DNA of 64,000 nt, from contig NOWV01000013.1 in NCBI GenBank assembly GCA_003344405.1, forward strand, positions 1-64,000, given 5' to 3'. Each line of letters starts with the position of its first letter. The stretch's first letter is position 1. Positions 1-13,428 of the stretch are shown here, one piece after another. This stretch comes from Trichoplax sp. H2 (lineage: Eukaryota). The translations under genes were made by a program, and so were the position numbers. The notes beneath the pieces were generated by a model, which made no database searches, had not been told where the DNA came from, and worked only from the letters and a program-made list of their open reading frames with translations.

Positions 1-539
1 TTGAAAGTAGATTGAGTATGAAATTTAGTAGCTTTTTTCTATACCTGTTACCTCGAATACAGTAGATGCTATACGAGAATTCCTTAGTATAAATAAGTAG
101 ATATACATTTTTATAGTTAGTTTGCAATCACTTCTGTAGGTACGATGATTTACTACTTTGTCCATAAAATAATTTTTCTTTTGATAAGATAAGTAGTAAT
201 TGTCGGTTCAATAGCTAAGACCACGTGAATTTTCCATATTTTAGCCGTACATAGCTGATTTTACAAACAAATTTATTATATGCGTTAGTATAGTTTAAGA
301 AAACAAATAAAACTAAACTAGTTTTCTACTTTAAGTAAAACACTATCTAAAAGTTAATAAGGCTCTCATGAACGAACCTCTAAGAGCTTCGAGTCTGGAT
401 TTTGCTACGGCAATTGCATAACGAAATTCTGTAAATAAAGCGTTAAGATAATTTATTTTAAAATTTTACTACAATTACCAAAATTCAATTTTACTAGCGG
501 TGCATACCAGTGTAGAATCTAAAGTAATATGTTACTTTC

Positions 540-1200
540 TCACCTTGTAATTATAGCTCGCTACCGAGTAATATTATTAAAATAGCTCCTCCTGTAGATT
601 TCTAAATAAAATCTTCAAAATACGACCTTATGTGGTAATAATGATGGAGACTGAATAGATGATATTCCAATAAAACGTACATATACAGGAATACTGTTGT
701 GTTTATATCGTAAATCATTTACAGCATTGTCGCATGACTATGTACAGAATATCCCTAGAAAAATTGGCTTCGCACTGTATTGCCTAATCGCTGTAGAAAT
801 GAAAGTTTGGAGAATAGAAAGCTGGATGACTGGGTATATACAGTAAGGTGCAGGTCGATATCATTCAGAAAAGGTATTAAGGCTTAAAATATCGTCATTG
901 AAGGCGATAATTATGAATGACTTTGTAATACTTCCGGTATTAAGATACTCCACACAGAGACGTCATTACTGGCAACAAGATCAGCGACTTGAAGCGTAGT
1001 AAATTCTTGTTAGAAAGTGTAATATCAGAATAGTGAATCTAAACATTCACATGATGAAATCGAATTTTTAAAGGACTTCTTTTTGCAAGCATAATTTGAG
1101 TATCCTCCTCAGTAATTGGATTATTCATATCATGTTATACTTATGGAGATGGCTTTAACCTTTTCATACGATGTAGTTTATAGAATAAAAGTGCCATAGT
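540..1200 (-). pseudogene. Highly decayed UGT exon-2 remnant
   Basis: Colinear nucleotide similarity to exon 2 of the UGT at 2880-4986, e.g. ctcgctaccgagtaatattattaaaatagctcct vs ctcgctaccgaatgacattaaaatagctcct, and gcaggtcgata...aaaggtat. A candidate acceptor lies near 1200. There is no open frame. Confidence 0.7.
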
Positions 1201-2879
1201 CTGCAAAGACACAATTAGACAACTTTAGATATGGTGATAATAGTGAATATAAGCCATGGCGTTTTATACATTGTACATGGGATCTAAATATATAGTTTGA
1301 GTATATTTACAATGCGTAGGTATGTTTACCGATGTAGCACTCAATTGAAAATTTTTTAATTTCTAGATATTCAATAAATAAAATTATTGACTATATATGT
1401 TATCATTTAGTTATATTTGGATTTCGATCTTGGCTTATAAATTTTAATCATAAAGTGCTATAATAATCTATTAAAAATATATTCCATCAATACTATAAAT
1501 GCAAACACATGCCATTTGTCAATTAAAATATCGCTTAAAGGTTGAAAAAAATTTCTCTCGTGATATACTGTACCTTTATATGGCCTCCAGGACAAAACAC
1601 ACCGAACTCTATATTCAATACTGAAGAGTGTTCTAGTTAGTTTCTCTCCCTCTCTTTTAGTAATCCCTAGTCTAGTAGTCCATTGCTGAGGTAAACAAGA
1701 TGGTGTACTGTAGACAGATTTATTTATATTTTTTCCATTATTTGCCTATAGAGACCCCATGAACACCACAGAATAATTACATAATTACATATGGCATAAC
1801 TCTGTACATTACTGTATATTATAAATTATGGTATTTGATCCATTAAAGGCCTTATTATTGAATAGTACGTGTATATATAAGATAACTAATAGTTCAAAAT
1901 TTCAGCCCTATTATTATGACATATTAAATTGCTCAACCATAAAGAATAGTACTGTATCAATCTCTTTGGTAGTTTAGGGCTGCAATAGTTCAATTATTAA
2001 AATCTCTGCAAATATAGTAATTAATTATAATATGAAAAGTTACTTGGCCTATCGAAATTAAGTCTTCTGCCTGGATAGTATTTGGCAGTACTACTCGTTT
2101 CTATTAATAACAATTATACGTGTACATATACCGTTCATCGCTTCGAGGGAAGCTTCTAATAGAAATTATTTCCATATAGAACTTTTAATTCTGTTAGATA
2201 CTATTGCGAGTGACTAGTTAAATATGTTGCTGTTTATTGTCGTCAAATACGATGTTTATATAAAATTATCGCTATAGCTAGCTAGCTGTTATATGCATTC
2301 AATAGTTAGCATAATTTAAAATTACCCCTCTGTAGTCCTTACTCTGACAGGGTAAATTATTTTACTTGTACGTATATATGTTATACGTTCAATTTGTTTA
2401 CTACGAAGAAATTAACCATTTACGTGTCTACTATGTTACCTCAGGAAATATATCATAATCTTATCTTACGTAATATATAGGTTACATTAGTTAAAGCCAA
2501 AACATAGTTACTCTAGCAATAAAAGTATAAGAACACACTTAATCGATAATTAATAAATCGCATCATAATTTTTGTAGAATTATTCTTTCTGGAATCTGTG
2601 TTTTATACACAAATTAAAAGGCTACTCTACAGTAATGATTTTGTAGCTCGATTATATATCGCAGATGCCTCTGCATTTATATTCGTATATCTCATCACAT
2701 GAACACTATAGAAACCGCAAAAAATCGAACCTTGTGCAGGACTACCTACAGAGTTAATGGACATAAAAAAAGTGTCGCAAAGATGCTAAACTAGCGTCCA
2801 ATAATAATTTATCACGTAATTTAAATTATGCATAACAGATATGAGCGGCTATCGTAGTCATTTCTTAGTTTAATATTTA

Positions 2880-4986
2880 CTAATCAGATTTTGCTTTCGT
2901 TGTCGAACAACAAATTCTATTCGTAACATAGTTTAACAACCGATAAGAAATATACAACATCAATATTATAAATGCAAAGACATCCAAGTTATAAAGTTCG
3001 TAAAACGATAGCATTTCGCCTTGTACTTTCAAATGATGAGCACCGTCTGTATCGACTGCGTATTCTACCCAATCTACAACTGTATCTCTTGCCGATTTAC
3101 TGCTTTTAAGAATTTTCGAAATTTTCTGTACGTTTTCTTTGTATCTATTAGAGTAAAAGTTGAATTAAGTGCTACATTGTAGAAATATACTGTATTTAAC
3201 ATCATTACAATAGATAAAAATACGTGATATAAATCCAAGTCTATCAAGTATTCACTTTACTACCTCAAATCATAACTTGAAATGTTTTACTCGCTTTTTT
3301 AAATTATAAATTAGCTTAATTAGTTAAAGATAACTTACTTAAACTGATAGAATGTAATGTACATAATATTTGCAATACCCCCATCATAGATTAAAGCAGT
3401 ATATACTGAATTATTACACATGTGCCTCTTATAATGTATTCGATCGTTAGAGATACGTAATATTGTAAATGATAATGTATTTCTAATACATCTATTTTAT
3501 AATAACGACGAAAGGTATATATGAAGATATAGATAGAAGGTATCTATTCATAATCTATATTATTAATGATTACCTTGGACTTGCTGCTAATGCATTTATG
3601 GCGTTAATAATATCTTCAGACGTGAAGCTGTAGAAATCAACCTCTAACCCTATTCCAGCATGTTTCATTCTTTGAGCATTAAGCTGTTGCTCGATCATAG
3701 ATGGCATAGCTATCATTGGAACGCCATGATACGCTGCTTCGTATAAACTATTCGAGCCACAATGTGTTATTAGAGCGACTATTCTCTTGTGACCAAGAAT
3801 ATCATTCTGAGGAGTCCATCCGAAAGTTTTAACGTTCTCAGGTAAATTATCCACAGTCTGTTTCGTCTTCCATATAACATTATAGGGTAATTGACTTAAA
3901 GCTTTAATCATCTCCGACACTTTATAATCTTCTAACTGTAACTCGCTACCGAATGACATTAAAATAGCTCCTTGCTTCGAGTTTTGTATAAAGTTTTCGA
4001 ATATTTGAGGTAGCGGTGATGGAGATTGAGGAGATAAAGGTCCCACTAGATGGACATATGGAGGTATAGGTCGAGGGTATTCGATTGAAAAATCCAGTGC
4101 CGATAAATGCAAGGACAATTTTCTTTGTAATTGAGCAAGGCTTAAGTGTGTACTAATATTATGTTTGGATCTTAATTGTTCGGCAACTTTTTCGCAATCC
4201 CATTGAAAAATTCGCTCCATTACTAATTTACCAATAACGCTGATTAATCGTTCGAAAAATGATAACTTACGCGATGTTAGAGACGGATGGGTGGGTACAT
4301 ACGATGCAGGTCGATAGCGGCCATAAAAGGTATGTACACCAAGGATACCACCGTTGAAATAAATGTTAATGAAAGGTTTTTGCAAAACTTCAGGTAGTAA
4401 AATACTGCAGACGTAAACTCCATCGCTGACGACAATGTCGACATCTTTAAGCGATTGTAGTAGCGTTTTGTTGGAGAGTGTAGCATCGCAATATCGCTTC
4501 TGTGCAGCCATAAAAAGCCGCCAAGTTTTGAAAGGATCTTTCTTAGTAAACATATTCTGTGTATCACTTTCTCTAATTGGTTCATCGATTTGATATAACG
4601 CCAAACGAGAAGGCTTTAGCTTTTTTATGTGATGCGGTTCATCGGACATTATCGTCACGGTCTATGCAAATATCGAAAATTATTCCCATTACATAGTATA
4701 AGGATATTATGATTATATGGACAACGTACTAAAATAGAAGATGATTTGATACAGTATTACTAGTATTCGCTAATTCAACATAAATCACAGTAAATAAAAA
4801 AAACCTCTTTATACAAATTACCTCATGGCCTCTCTTTATTAATTGCTGTGTAATTACATCCATACAATAGGAATGACTGGTTCCCATCATAGGGAGGATG
4901 GCAACTTTATACGATGATCCTTGTGAAATCATCATCAGCACACATAAAAGTGTGCAGTAGTAAACGCATGTTCTTGCATAAGTCAT
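2880..4986 (-). CDS. UDP-glycosyltransferase (GT1, metazoan ER type), intact, ~505 aa
   Basis: Exons 4986-4822, 4661-3574 and 3144-2880 join in frame at GT-AG sites. The protein has a signal peptide, catalytic His (GTSH), the signature WTPQNDILGH...ITHCGSNSLYEAAYHGVP...EQ, DWVEY...GAHHL, a TM helix and a C-terminal KAKSD dilysine motif. Confidence 0.93.
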
Positions 4987-7900
4987 TTTCTCATCAATAG
5001 AAGAGCCTTAACGATTAGTAAATAAAGACAAGATTATAAAGATTGTATCGATGCAATACAAACAAGAGATAGTTACTATTTTTATCTAGAAATTAAAATT
5101 ACTATTACTGATGGACTGTAATCACATTACTTTTTAAACGTTTCGTTTCCTACACTCTAGAGTAGCTGAGTAATACTCATTCAGCTTCTAATCCTCTCCT
5201 CTTATCCTAGCGAATTAATCTTACTAACTGCTTTTTAAAATAATATAAATCATAAATTAGTTTATTTCTTTGCCGATAATTTGATTTATCGCACTCTTGT
5301 CGCTGTTCTTTATCTCAGATGCAACAAAGATGGTATACTCTACCAACATGGAATGACTTAGATGTGCTTGATGAAATTAGCTAATTTAAAATCTACCTTT
5401 CGAAACTCTTAACTTCTGTTGTAAACAGGTAAAAATTATTCAAAATGCTGCTAAATTTATCTACTTGATTAGAGCGACATTAGTTTCCTTTAATTTATGA
5501 TAAGTTTGTAAACATTGATATATACGATAATAAAAGAGGGTAAATACTGCGTTAAATCCTTACGACTGGTGAAATAATTCAGACTAAAAAAGGACTATCC
5601 AATTTATCCAATAGAATGAACTCTACTTTATTTTGCTTTAGTAAATTATAAGTAGCCGGTTGGATAGGATGTTAATAATAAACTACTATTTCAGTATGAC
5701 TTATATACTGGTTGAACAGACCGTATACCTACCAGTGACTGATAGTTTGTAAAAATTGCAAAGAAATAAAACAACTCAATAATGTAGTAAAAATAAAATA
5801 AAAAACGACAAGTACTCAAGGTTGCAATGATCTGTATTCGTAAAACTTTAGCCAAATTCAAAGTAAATGCCTTCAAAACTTAAAGACCTAATTAATGACT
5901 ACATTATAGCTAAACAGTTTTCCACCGGTATACTCGTACAGGGCTCCCTACGCCCATGAAATAGTGGTCCTATTTTACTGAGACGTGTAAAATATCTCTC
6001 AATCAGGTGATGCGAGTAAAATTACTAGCAATGCCATTCAATTTTACCGTACTTGAACTTAGTGAAATCAATTTCTACCGCTTATTTTTACCTTGGTAAG
6101 TATTGCTTGGAGGCAATCGCTTGGTTAGGTCGCCAGTGGTTAATAAAACTAGGCAAAAGCTCTTCTAAACTATTTAATTAACAGAAACTATTAAGTTGCT
6201 ACGCAGGCCAGCTAAAATGAAAGATTCAAGATGTACAGACGTACAGACAACAGCTCGGTCTAACCTAGCCCAAAACTCGTCATTATCAACCTTATTTATA
6301 TGCTGCATCAAGAGGTAGAGATTATTCTTTCTAGTATATAAATATAATCCATGATAGAAATATCTATGTTGCATTATCTTCTGCAATGGTATTTGTGATG
6401 GAGAGTTGAATGATTCAGCTGAAGTAGATTTCATTGCTACTTAGAGATTTACACAAATACATTGAGTAAGAAAATCGATTCTTTATTGTAAACTTTATGT
6501 GTGAGGGAGTTACAGTAAAGTAGCGCATAAGCTGTTGTAAAGTAACCTGAGAATTATCATAAACATTGCAATTATTGCAAATAACTAAATCTAAGGCAAA
6601 AATTGCAATACGTCAAAATGATTAACATCGTAACTAATACAACGAACTAAATCTGAAGCAGAAATTGTTATACGTATCGTTAAAATAATTAGCATTATAA
6701 CTATTACAACCAACTCAATCTGAGATACAAATTGTTATTATTTATAGCTTTATAGATAAAATACATACACAGAACAAAATTGTAAAATTAGATACAACAT
6801 ATTCTATAATATATGTAATAGCAAATGATCATAGAAAATAGCTAAGACTGTAAATGCTAGAATAAATAACCAGCACAATGAAATCTTATGCCCTATAGTA
6901 TTTTCTTAATTTTCATGTTAGTTCTTTATAGTATAATATAAGATTCGTGATAGAACGATTCTCTATAGTATCATCTCGTGTGATAATTATTTTCTAGATT
7001 CTTGGGCTATTTCTATTGCTCCTAGACAGTGATTGTATGAAGTAACGGCGCGAAATCGTAAACGCTTAAATAGACACAGATTATTGTTTATCGTGTAAAT
7101 TTCACAACAGAATAATTCTTAATTATGCTATCTTCTGTATAAATATAAAATTTTTTTATTAATGTAGTGCTATATCACGCAGATAGTAGATAAAACTTTG
7201 AAATTATAGATTTTTATTAAATTCTCAAGTTTACTAATGTAGATGCTATATTAAGTAGATAGAGAATAAAATTTTGCAATTATCAATATTTTTATTAAAT
7301 ACTAAAGTCTGTTATTAAAATCATGTACTAAGTGTTATTTTGACGCCCAATATTAAATTGTAGAGTTGCAACATACAATAGAATTCCCATGTTTGATTTA
7401 TTGAATTATAGAGATTAAGTAAGGCATAGGTACCAGTAGATATGACAAGTTCGGCTTGTAATGAGTCTTCATGATAGAGTAATATCATGGCATCTTCTAT
7501 CATAATATCATATTTCTTTGTGTTTTCATGAGATTATAGCATAATTGTATTTTTCGTATTGGAAATCGATTAAGATGTTGTATAAATTAGAACTACGCCA
7601 ACATGTTCATAGGATCACGATTTTCCCCGTTCATAAAGCGGGTATGATGCTAGTTATATAAAAGCTTTTTTGTCTGTATATTGCGCATTACAGTACTGTA
7701 CATACCTGATATGTGAGTACATAAAGGAATAATTAGTAAAAAGTACAGGTAAGGTACTCGAGTAACTAGACATCTTCAGCGTACATACGCCCGGGAACAC
7801 TAGTAATTAAGTAAAAATAAATAAACGCTTCCGTTGACTGAAAATTTACACTTTATTAACTGTGAAGTTAAATTTTTATATTAACAACCTCGCTTATTGC

Positions 7901-8239
7901 TTCATGTATACTGAAAAATTAGCTCATGAAAGTTCATCAAGGTCAATATCGGAAATAATTACATATAAATATCATACTACAGCGAAAATAAGTTCATCTA
8001 CCAAATCCTACCTGTATCGAGGACTTCTGAAAATTACAAATTAGTTCTTATACGTATTAAATATATATCGCTAAATGCGAAAAGTTTACTATAATATTTA
8101 GTAATGGCCATGTTTACACAAAGTCTGTACATATGGGGTAAAATACTACAAATTACTAATCTAGGAATAGATCAGCTCGAATTTATAAATTAGATAGTCA
8201 ATTTATATTCAATACGAGTAAATTTTAAGCTTTACTTTA

Positions 8240-10503
8240 TTAATCACACTTTGTTTTCGCGTTTAATCTGCGCATTCTAGTTATAATATACTTTAATAAT
8301 CGATAAATTACATACAGTATTAACATTATAAAAGCAAAGACGTCTAGGTTATAAAGCTCATAAAACCATAACGTTTCACCCTGTACTTTCAAATGATGAG
8401 CACCACCTGTATCTACTACATATTCTATCCAATCCACAATTTTGTCTTTGGATGATATCTTTTTGTCTTTAAGAGTTTTAGAAATTCTTTGGGCATTCTC
8501 TTTGTATCTATAAAAGCGCAAGAAGGAAAGAAGTAGAAAGCGCATTAAGTGAAACATTGAAATTGATCTTTTATACAATTAACTCCTTGTTATCATACGA
8601 ATGGATATAGTGCACTGTGGTTTACCTTGCTAATATATCTTCTACTATATTAATTATTACAGCCATTGAAAATTGAGTAGTGCTGTGCAAGAGGATATAA
8701 TAGCAATACCACTATGAATATTATGTAAAATTGTATCAGCTAAAATTTAACTTGGAGGGTAATCCATCAACAGTATCTCCGTGAAAAGAAAGACGAATGT
8801 TAGAAAGCATATTCTACATCAATCTACTCACAGTTTTAAGCCTTACCTCGAATCCGATAGTAGCATCTTTACGCCATCGACGATATCGTTAGAGCTGAAT
8901 TTGAAGAAATTGACTTTTATTTCAATTCCAGCTTTTACTATCCTGATGACATTAAGGCGTTGCTCCATCGTTCCTGCCATCCCTAACATTGGAACACCAT
9001 GATATGCTCCTTCATAGATACCGTTGGAACCACAATGAGTTATAAATAGGTCTAATTTCTTATGACCAAGAATATCGTTCTGAGGAACCCAACTGAAGGT
9101 TTTAACGTTCTTAAGTAGATTGTGGATATTCTATTTTGTTTTCCATATAACATTAAATGGTAATTGACTTAAAGCTTCCACTATCACCGGTAGTTTTTCA
9201 TCTTGTATTCGTTGCTCACTACCTAATGACATTAAAATTGTACTATGTTCTGAGCTTTGTATAAAATCTTCGTATATTTGAGGCAAAGGTGATGGGTTTT
9301 GAGGATATAATGGTCCAACTAAGTGAAATATATGGAGGTCAAGGCCGTGGAAATTCAATAAAAAAATCTAGCGTCGATAGAAATAGAGATACTTTTCGGC
9401 GTATTTGATTCAGGCTTAGATGCGTGCTGATATTATGCTTATACCTTAAATCATTTGCAATATTCATAAATTCATAAGATAGGAAATTATCTAATATTAG
9501 CGAAAGAAATACATTGCCTAATCGTTGTAAAAATGGTGATCCGGATAAATACGTAATTGGATGGCCATGTATATTCGATGCAGGTTGATACTGGCAGCGT
9601 CCATGAAATGTGTGAATACCGATAATATCAGCCTTGAAACTGATAATGATATAAGGCTTTTGCAATACTTCTGGCAATGGAATGCCACAGACGTAAACGT
9701 TATCAGTAATGATAATATCAACATCATGCAATGATTTTATTAAAGTTTTATTGGAAAGTGTGGCATCGCAGTATCGTTTCTGGGCGTTAAAGAAGCTTAG
9801 CAGTGCGCTTAAGGGATTACTAGATTTGATGATTTCTTGAATTTCACCCTCAGTGAATGGTTTATCTATTTCATACAGCGCCAACGGTGATGGCTTGATT
9901 TTTTTTCAGAATCTCTGGTTCGTTGGACATTATCGTGACGGTCTATTCCCTCGATCAAAACAACAATATTAAAATAAGCTCAGGTAACCACAGTAGTTAA
10001 TAAATAATGACAATATTGTTAAGTAGGTACGTGTATTCCTCTAGATATGCACCTATACGATATAAACTAGATGTGCCTGTGTATTGTCTACTAGAGCCGA
10101 TTCCTATTTCTCCGTTAACAAGATATTAGTAATTGAAGTGAAAGTCTTCGCCCCAACTTTGTAGTTTCTAGACAACCTTTTACTAGTAGGGAAATCAGAT
10201 TGAACTGTAGTTCCTTTTCGGCAAATCTAATATCGTACATTGTACCATCGACCACAGTCTTTTTTAGGCTTAATTTATTTATACAATAACGCTAGAAATC
10301 AACATAATCAAGCTAATAATAAATAAATGAGTTACCTGACGAACTCTCTTAATTAGATATTGTATAATGGGATCCATACAATATGAATGACTGGTTCCCA
10401 TCATGGGCAAAATAGCGACTTTATAAGACGATCCTGGTGAAATCATGACTACTATTAAGAACAAACTGGTAAAAGCACGAGAGAATCTCATATTCCATGT
10501 CAT
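8240..10503 (-). pseudogene. UGT pseudogene (recent; full 3-exon structure retained)
   Basis: Exons ~10503-10336, 9942-~8846 and ~8507-8240. Lesions: +1 frameshift in an 8-nt homopolymer (9899-9906), in-frame TGA at 9339-9341 followed by a 1-nt insertion, and TAG at 9131-9133 where paralogs have Gln. The UGT signature is still readable downstream. Confidence 0.88.
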
Positions 10504-11169
10504 CCTGCTGCCGATGATGATCAGTAATTTCTCTTGTAACCCCTATTGAGATCGCGATTACACAAAAATTCACGAAAATCTTAGATTAAGCTAACCGATT
10601 GATGACTGATAGAAATAGTTGTAAGCTGTGTATATTGTAGTAAAAGCCTTAATAATAACCTTTGAATAGCTAATGATATTTATGGCCCTTAATAAGCACC
10701 TCTAATTGTTTTCATTCAAGTTCAAGTTATAGCTAAAAGAGACATAGACTACAGATGTATGGACAATAGTTCCACCTATACCTCTTACCTCGCTCAGAGA
10801 CCTTCTACTGCTGTATGTTAATATTTCTAGGCAGTATTTACTGTAAAGGTAAAAAAAGGCGTAGCCTCCTTGTAGTCTAAAGTTAATAGCTGATAGTAAT
10901 TCAAAAATAAATAAAAAATGAGATTCAAATTTACTGCAAGATTATACAAGAACATTGGACATTGCTTGGCGCAATCTTGCATAGTCATCTCTAATTAATA
11001 AGTATCCATGAATTGCTCATGTAATCGATCCATGATAAGGTTAATAGAGCTCACAATTCATCAACCTTATAATAAATAAACTGGAATAAAACAAACCCAC
11101 CGTGTTGATACAGGTTGGCAATGTAACAATTTATGGGCTTATAAATAGTTAAATAGTACGAAATACACA

Positions 11170-11790
11170 GCTGATATTGCGTTACTACATTATCCAGAAT
11201 AATCGCGTTATTGCACACCTTTGGGAATGTCGATATTATAGTTACTGACGAGCTATGCAACTACAGTTTACTCCTGGCCTGGATTATTGAATAAACCAAG
11301 TAGTATAATAATATCCTTTCCAGTAGTGCAGTCGGTATGCATACATAATACCACATCCATCGACGACATATAGAGTAAAATCAATTTATGATTCTTTGAC
11401 TTCGTTGTAAAAAGGGAATTTAACATCAAGTACTATCAACGTAATTCAAGGAAAAATCATCAATACTGCTATAAACTACATTTCTGCCAAGGCTATTAAT
11501 TAGTTAAGATCTAATAACCACATAGAAGACTTTTACGGCTGTATTTCTCAGTCCTTAATCGATTTCTCTATCGAATATCCGAATACTGGACCAGTCAGTA
11601 CCTCCGTGTACTAGCTCGTATAATATTAAACCGATCACTCCAGGATCTTCATCTCTATTACCTCAAGTATTTGAAAGTTTTGATGGTACACAAAATTCTA
11701 ATAATTTAAGCATTCTTTTCATATCATTTGAAAGTGTAATTTGACTTCTTAATGAAAATTTATTAGAAAAGATAATACCATTACGACAAT
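11170..11790 (+). pseudogene. Decayed UGT exon-2 fragment (closest to the 13429-15829 gene)
   Basis: Matches such as gatattgc, tgtcgatattata, ataaaccaagt, ggtatgcatac, aaggctattaat and aatcgatttctctatcgaatat align in order with 14220-14850, with many indels and stops. Confidence 0.78.
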
Positions 11791-13428
11791 TGCAACATAG
11801 AATTATTTGTGTACAGATGCTGTAACTCTAAATTGACCAATTCTTATGCCTTAATCTACAATATTTTTTATAGAATATGTCATTGTAGTAATTTTACAGA
11901 TAGAAGTTGATATACCTGAATATTGTATTTCTATTTAAGTTATATCCAATCTTTCTAATACATTTAATTTTAAATTCAATTTGACAAATGCGGTCATGCT
12001 TACCTGTTTAGCAGTAACAAGTATTACGTTATAATTATAGTAACCTATTATTAAGCAATATACTGAAATTGTTCTGAAAAGTAATTCGGTCTAAAAAAAT
12101 TCGCAATACCTGTTGGCTTGATCGCATGTGTTTATTTATAAAAAATATTATCATTTAAGAGATAGATGAAGATAGTCCTTGGTAGAAGAATTAATGAATG
12201 TAATAAGAAATGGTTAACAAAAAGTTGAAGTTTTGGTTTTATTACTTTCGAAGGATTTTATCACATTAATCTGTCTTAGATGAACATTGTGATTTATAGA
12301 GTTTATTCTTCCAAGTCTTTATACACAATGATGCATCATCTATTAAATATAATAGCTGCTTGTAGAAAACCAAGATTATGAAGTTGATAGAAACACAAAC
12401 TCTCTCTTTCTACTTTTAAATAGTGAGCTCTATCAGTTTGTGCGACATTCTCAATCCAATCGATAGAAGTATTCGTTGTCAATCATTCATTGGTCTTGAT
12501 AATTTTAGGCATTTCAGTTTTATTTCTCCATTAAAGTAAACTTTATAATTTGGTAATCGTTATTTATGGGCTACTATCATCCACTTTTCATAAAACAAGT
12601 TTAACTAGAAGTGTAGATAATTATAACATTACTACTTATACGCTACTGTGCTACACAGGAGTATTGTTTCAAGTAAAGTTCAACTTCGATTGCAATTTGG
12701 CCATGTAGCATATTCATTCATTCATTATTTATCTTATTAATTGTCCCGCATTATATTTATATAAATGTTAAGATGATGCAATAAAATTAAATCAGTTGGT
12801 ATCCTGGTGTGAAGACTGCATGATGGTAAATCAATATAACTATACTATCTATCAGATCTAAGTACGGTGTTTTAAGTAATAGACGTTTTGTTTACTAATT
12901 CATATCTCCTGTTGAGTTAATGTTCGAGTATGATAGTCATAATTAATCATAATGATCGATTTTCGGAGTGAAGTTCATTGGTGCAATTTTGGTGATTCAT
13001 TATTTATATTCGAATGAATTGAAGTCTCTTATGTTATGGCTTAAAAACTACTGTATCCGCTGTTAGAAACAGTTGATTTACCGATCAATAACCCCTACAG
13101 AGTTGTAACAGAAAGGTCTAAGGTACGGAAAGTCATGATTCAAAGTATATTGCGACAATTGATCTGATGACTAAACTGTGCCATACAGTATGCTACAGAG
13201 TTACAAGATAAAGACCAATCTTCTTTATAGCATACGTTCACAACACTGTAATGGGAATAATGTAAACTTTAATGTATTATAAGCATCAGGACCGTTGTAG
13301 ATTGGAACCATGCTACGCTATGAAGTATAATACAGTAGCATTCGCTACAAATAGAATAGTATCCTCTAAGTTGAAGACTTGTCCCATTTTGATGCAGCCT
13401 GTAAGGCAAATAAATAGGCAGAAAAAAA

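Noticed and set aside
219-235. Exact 17-mer GACCACGTGAATTTTCC (contains an E-box) also present at 53420-53436
   Set aside because: The flanks do not extend, and one match of this length is plausible by chance in 64 kb of AT-rich DNA.
5935-6160. CAGGGCTCC start resembling an hAT-type terminus (also AGGGTTGGCAAC near 25246)
   Set aside because: No matching opposite TIR or target-site duplication was found.
9339-9341. In-frame TGA in a UGT as possible selenocysteine or readthrough
   Set aside because: The position is Ile/Leu/Val in paralogs, and the gene also has frameshifts and a TAG, so it is a simple pseudogene lesion.
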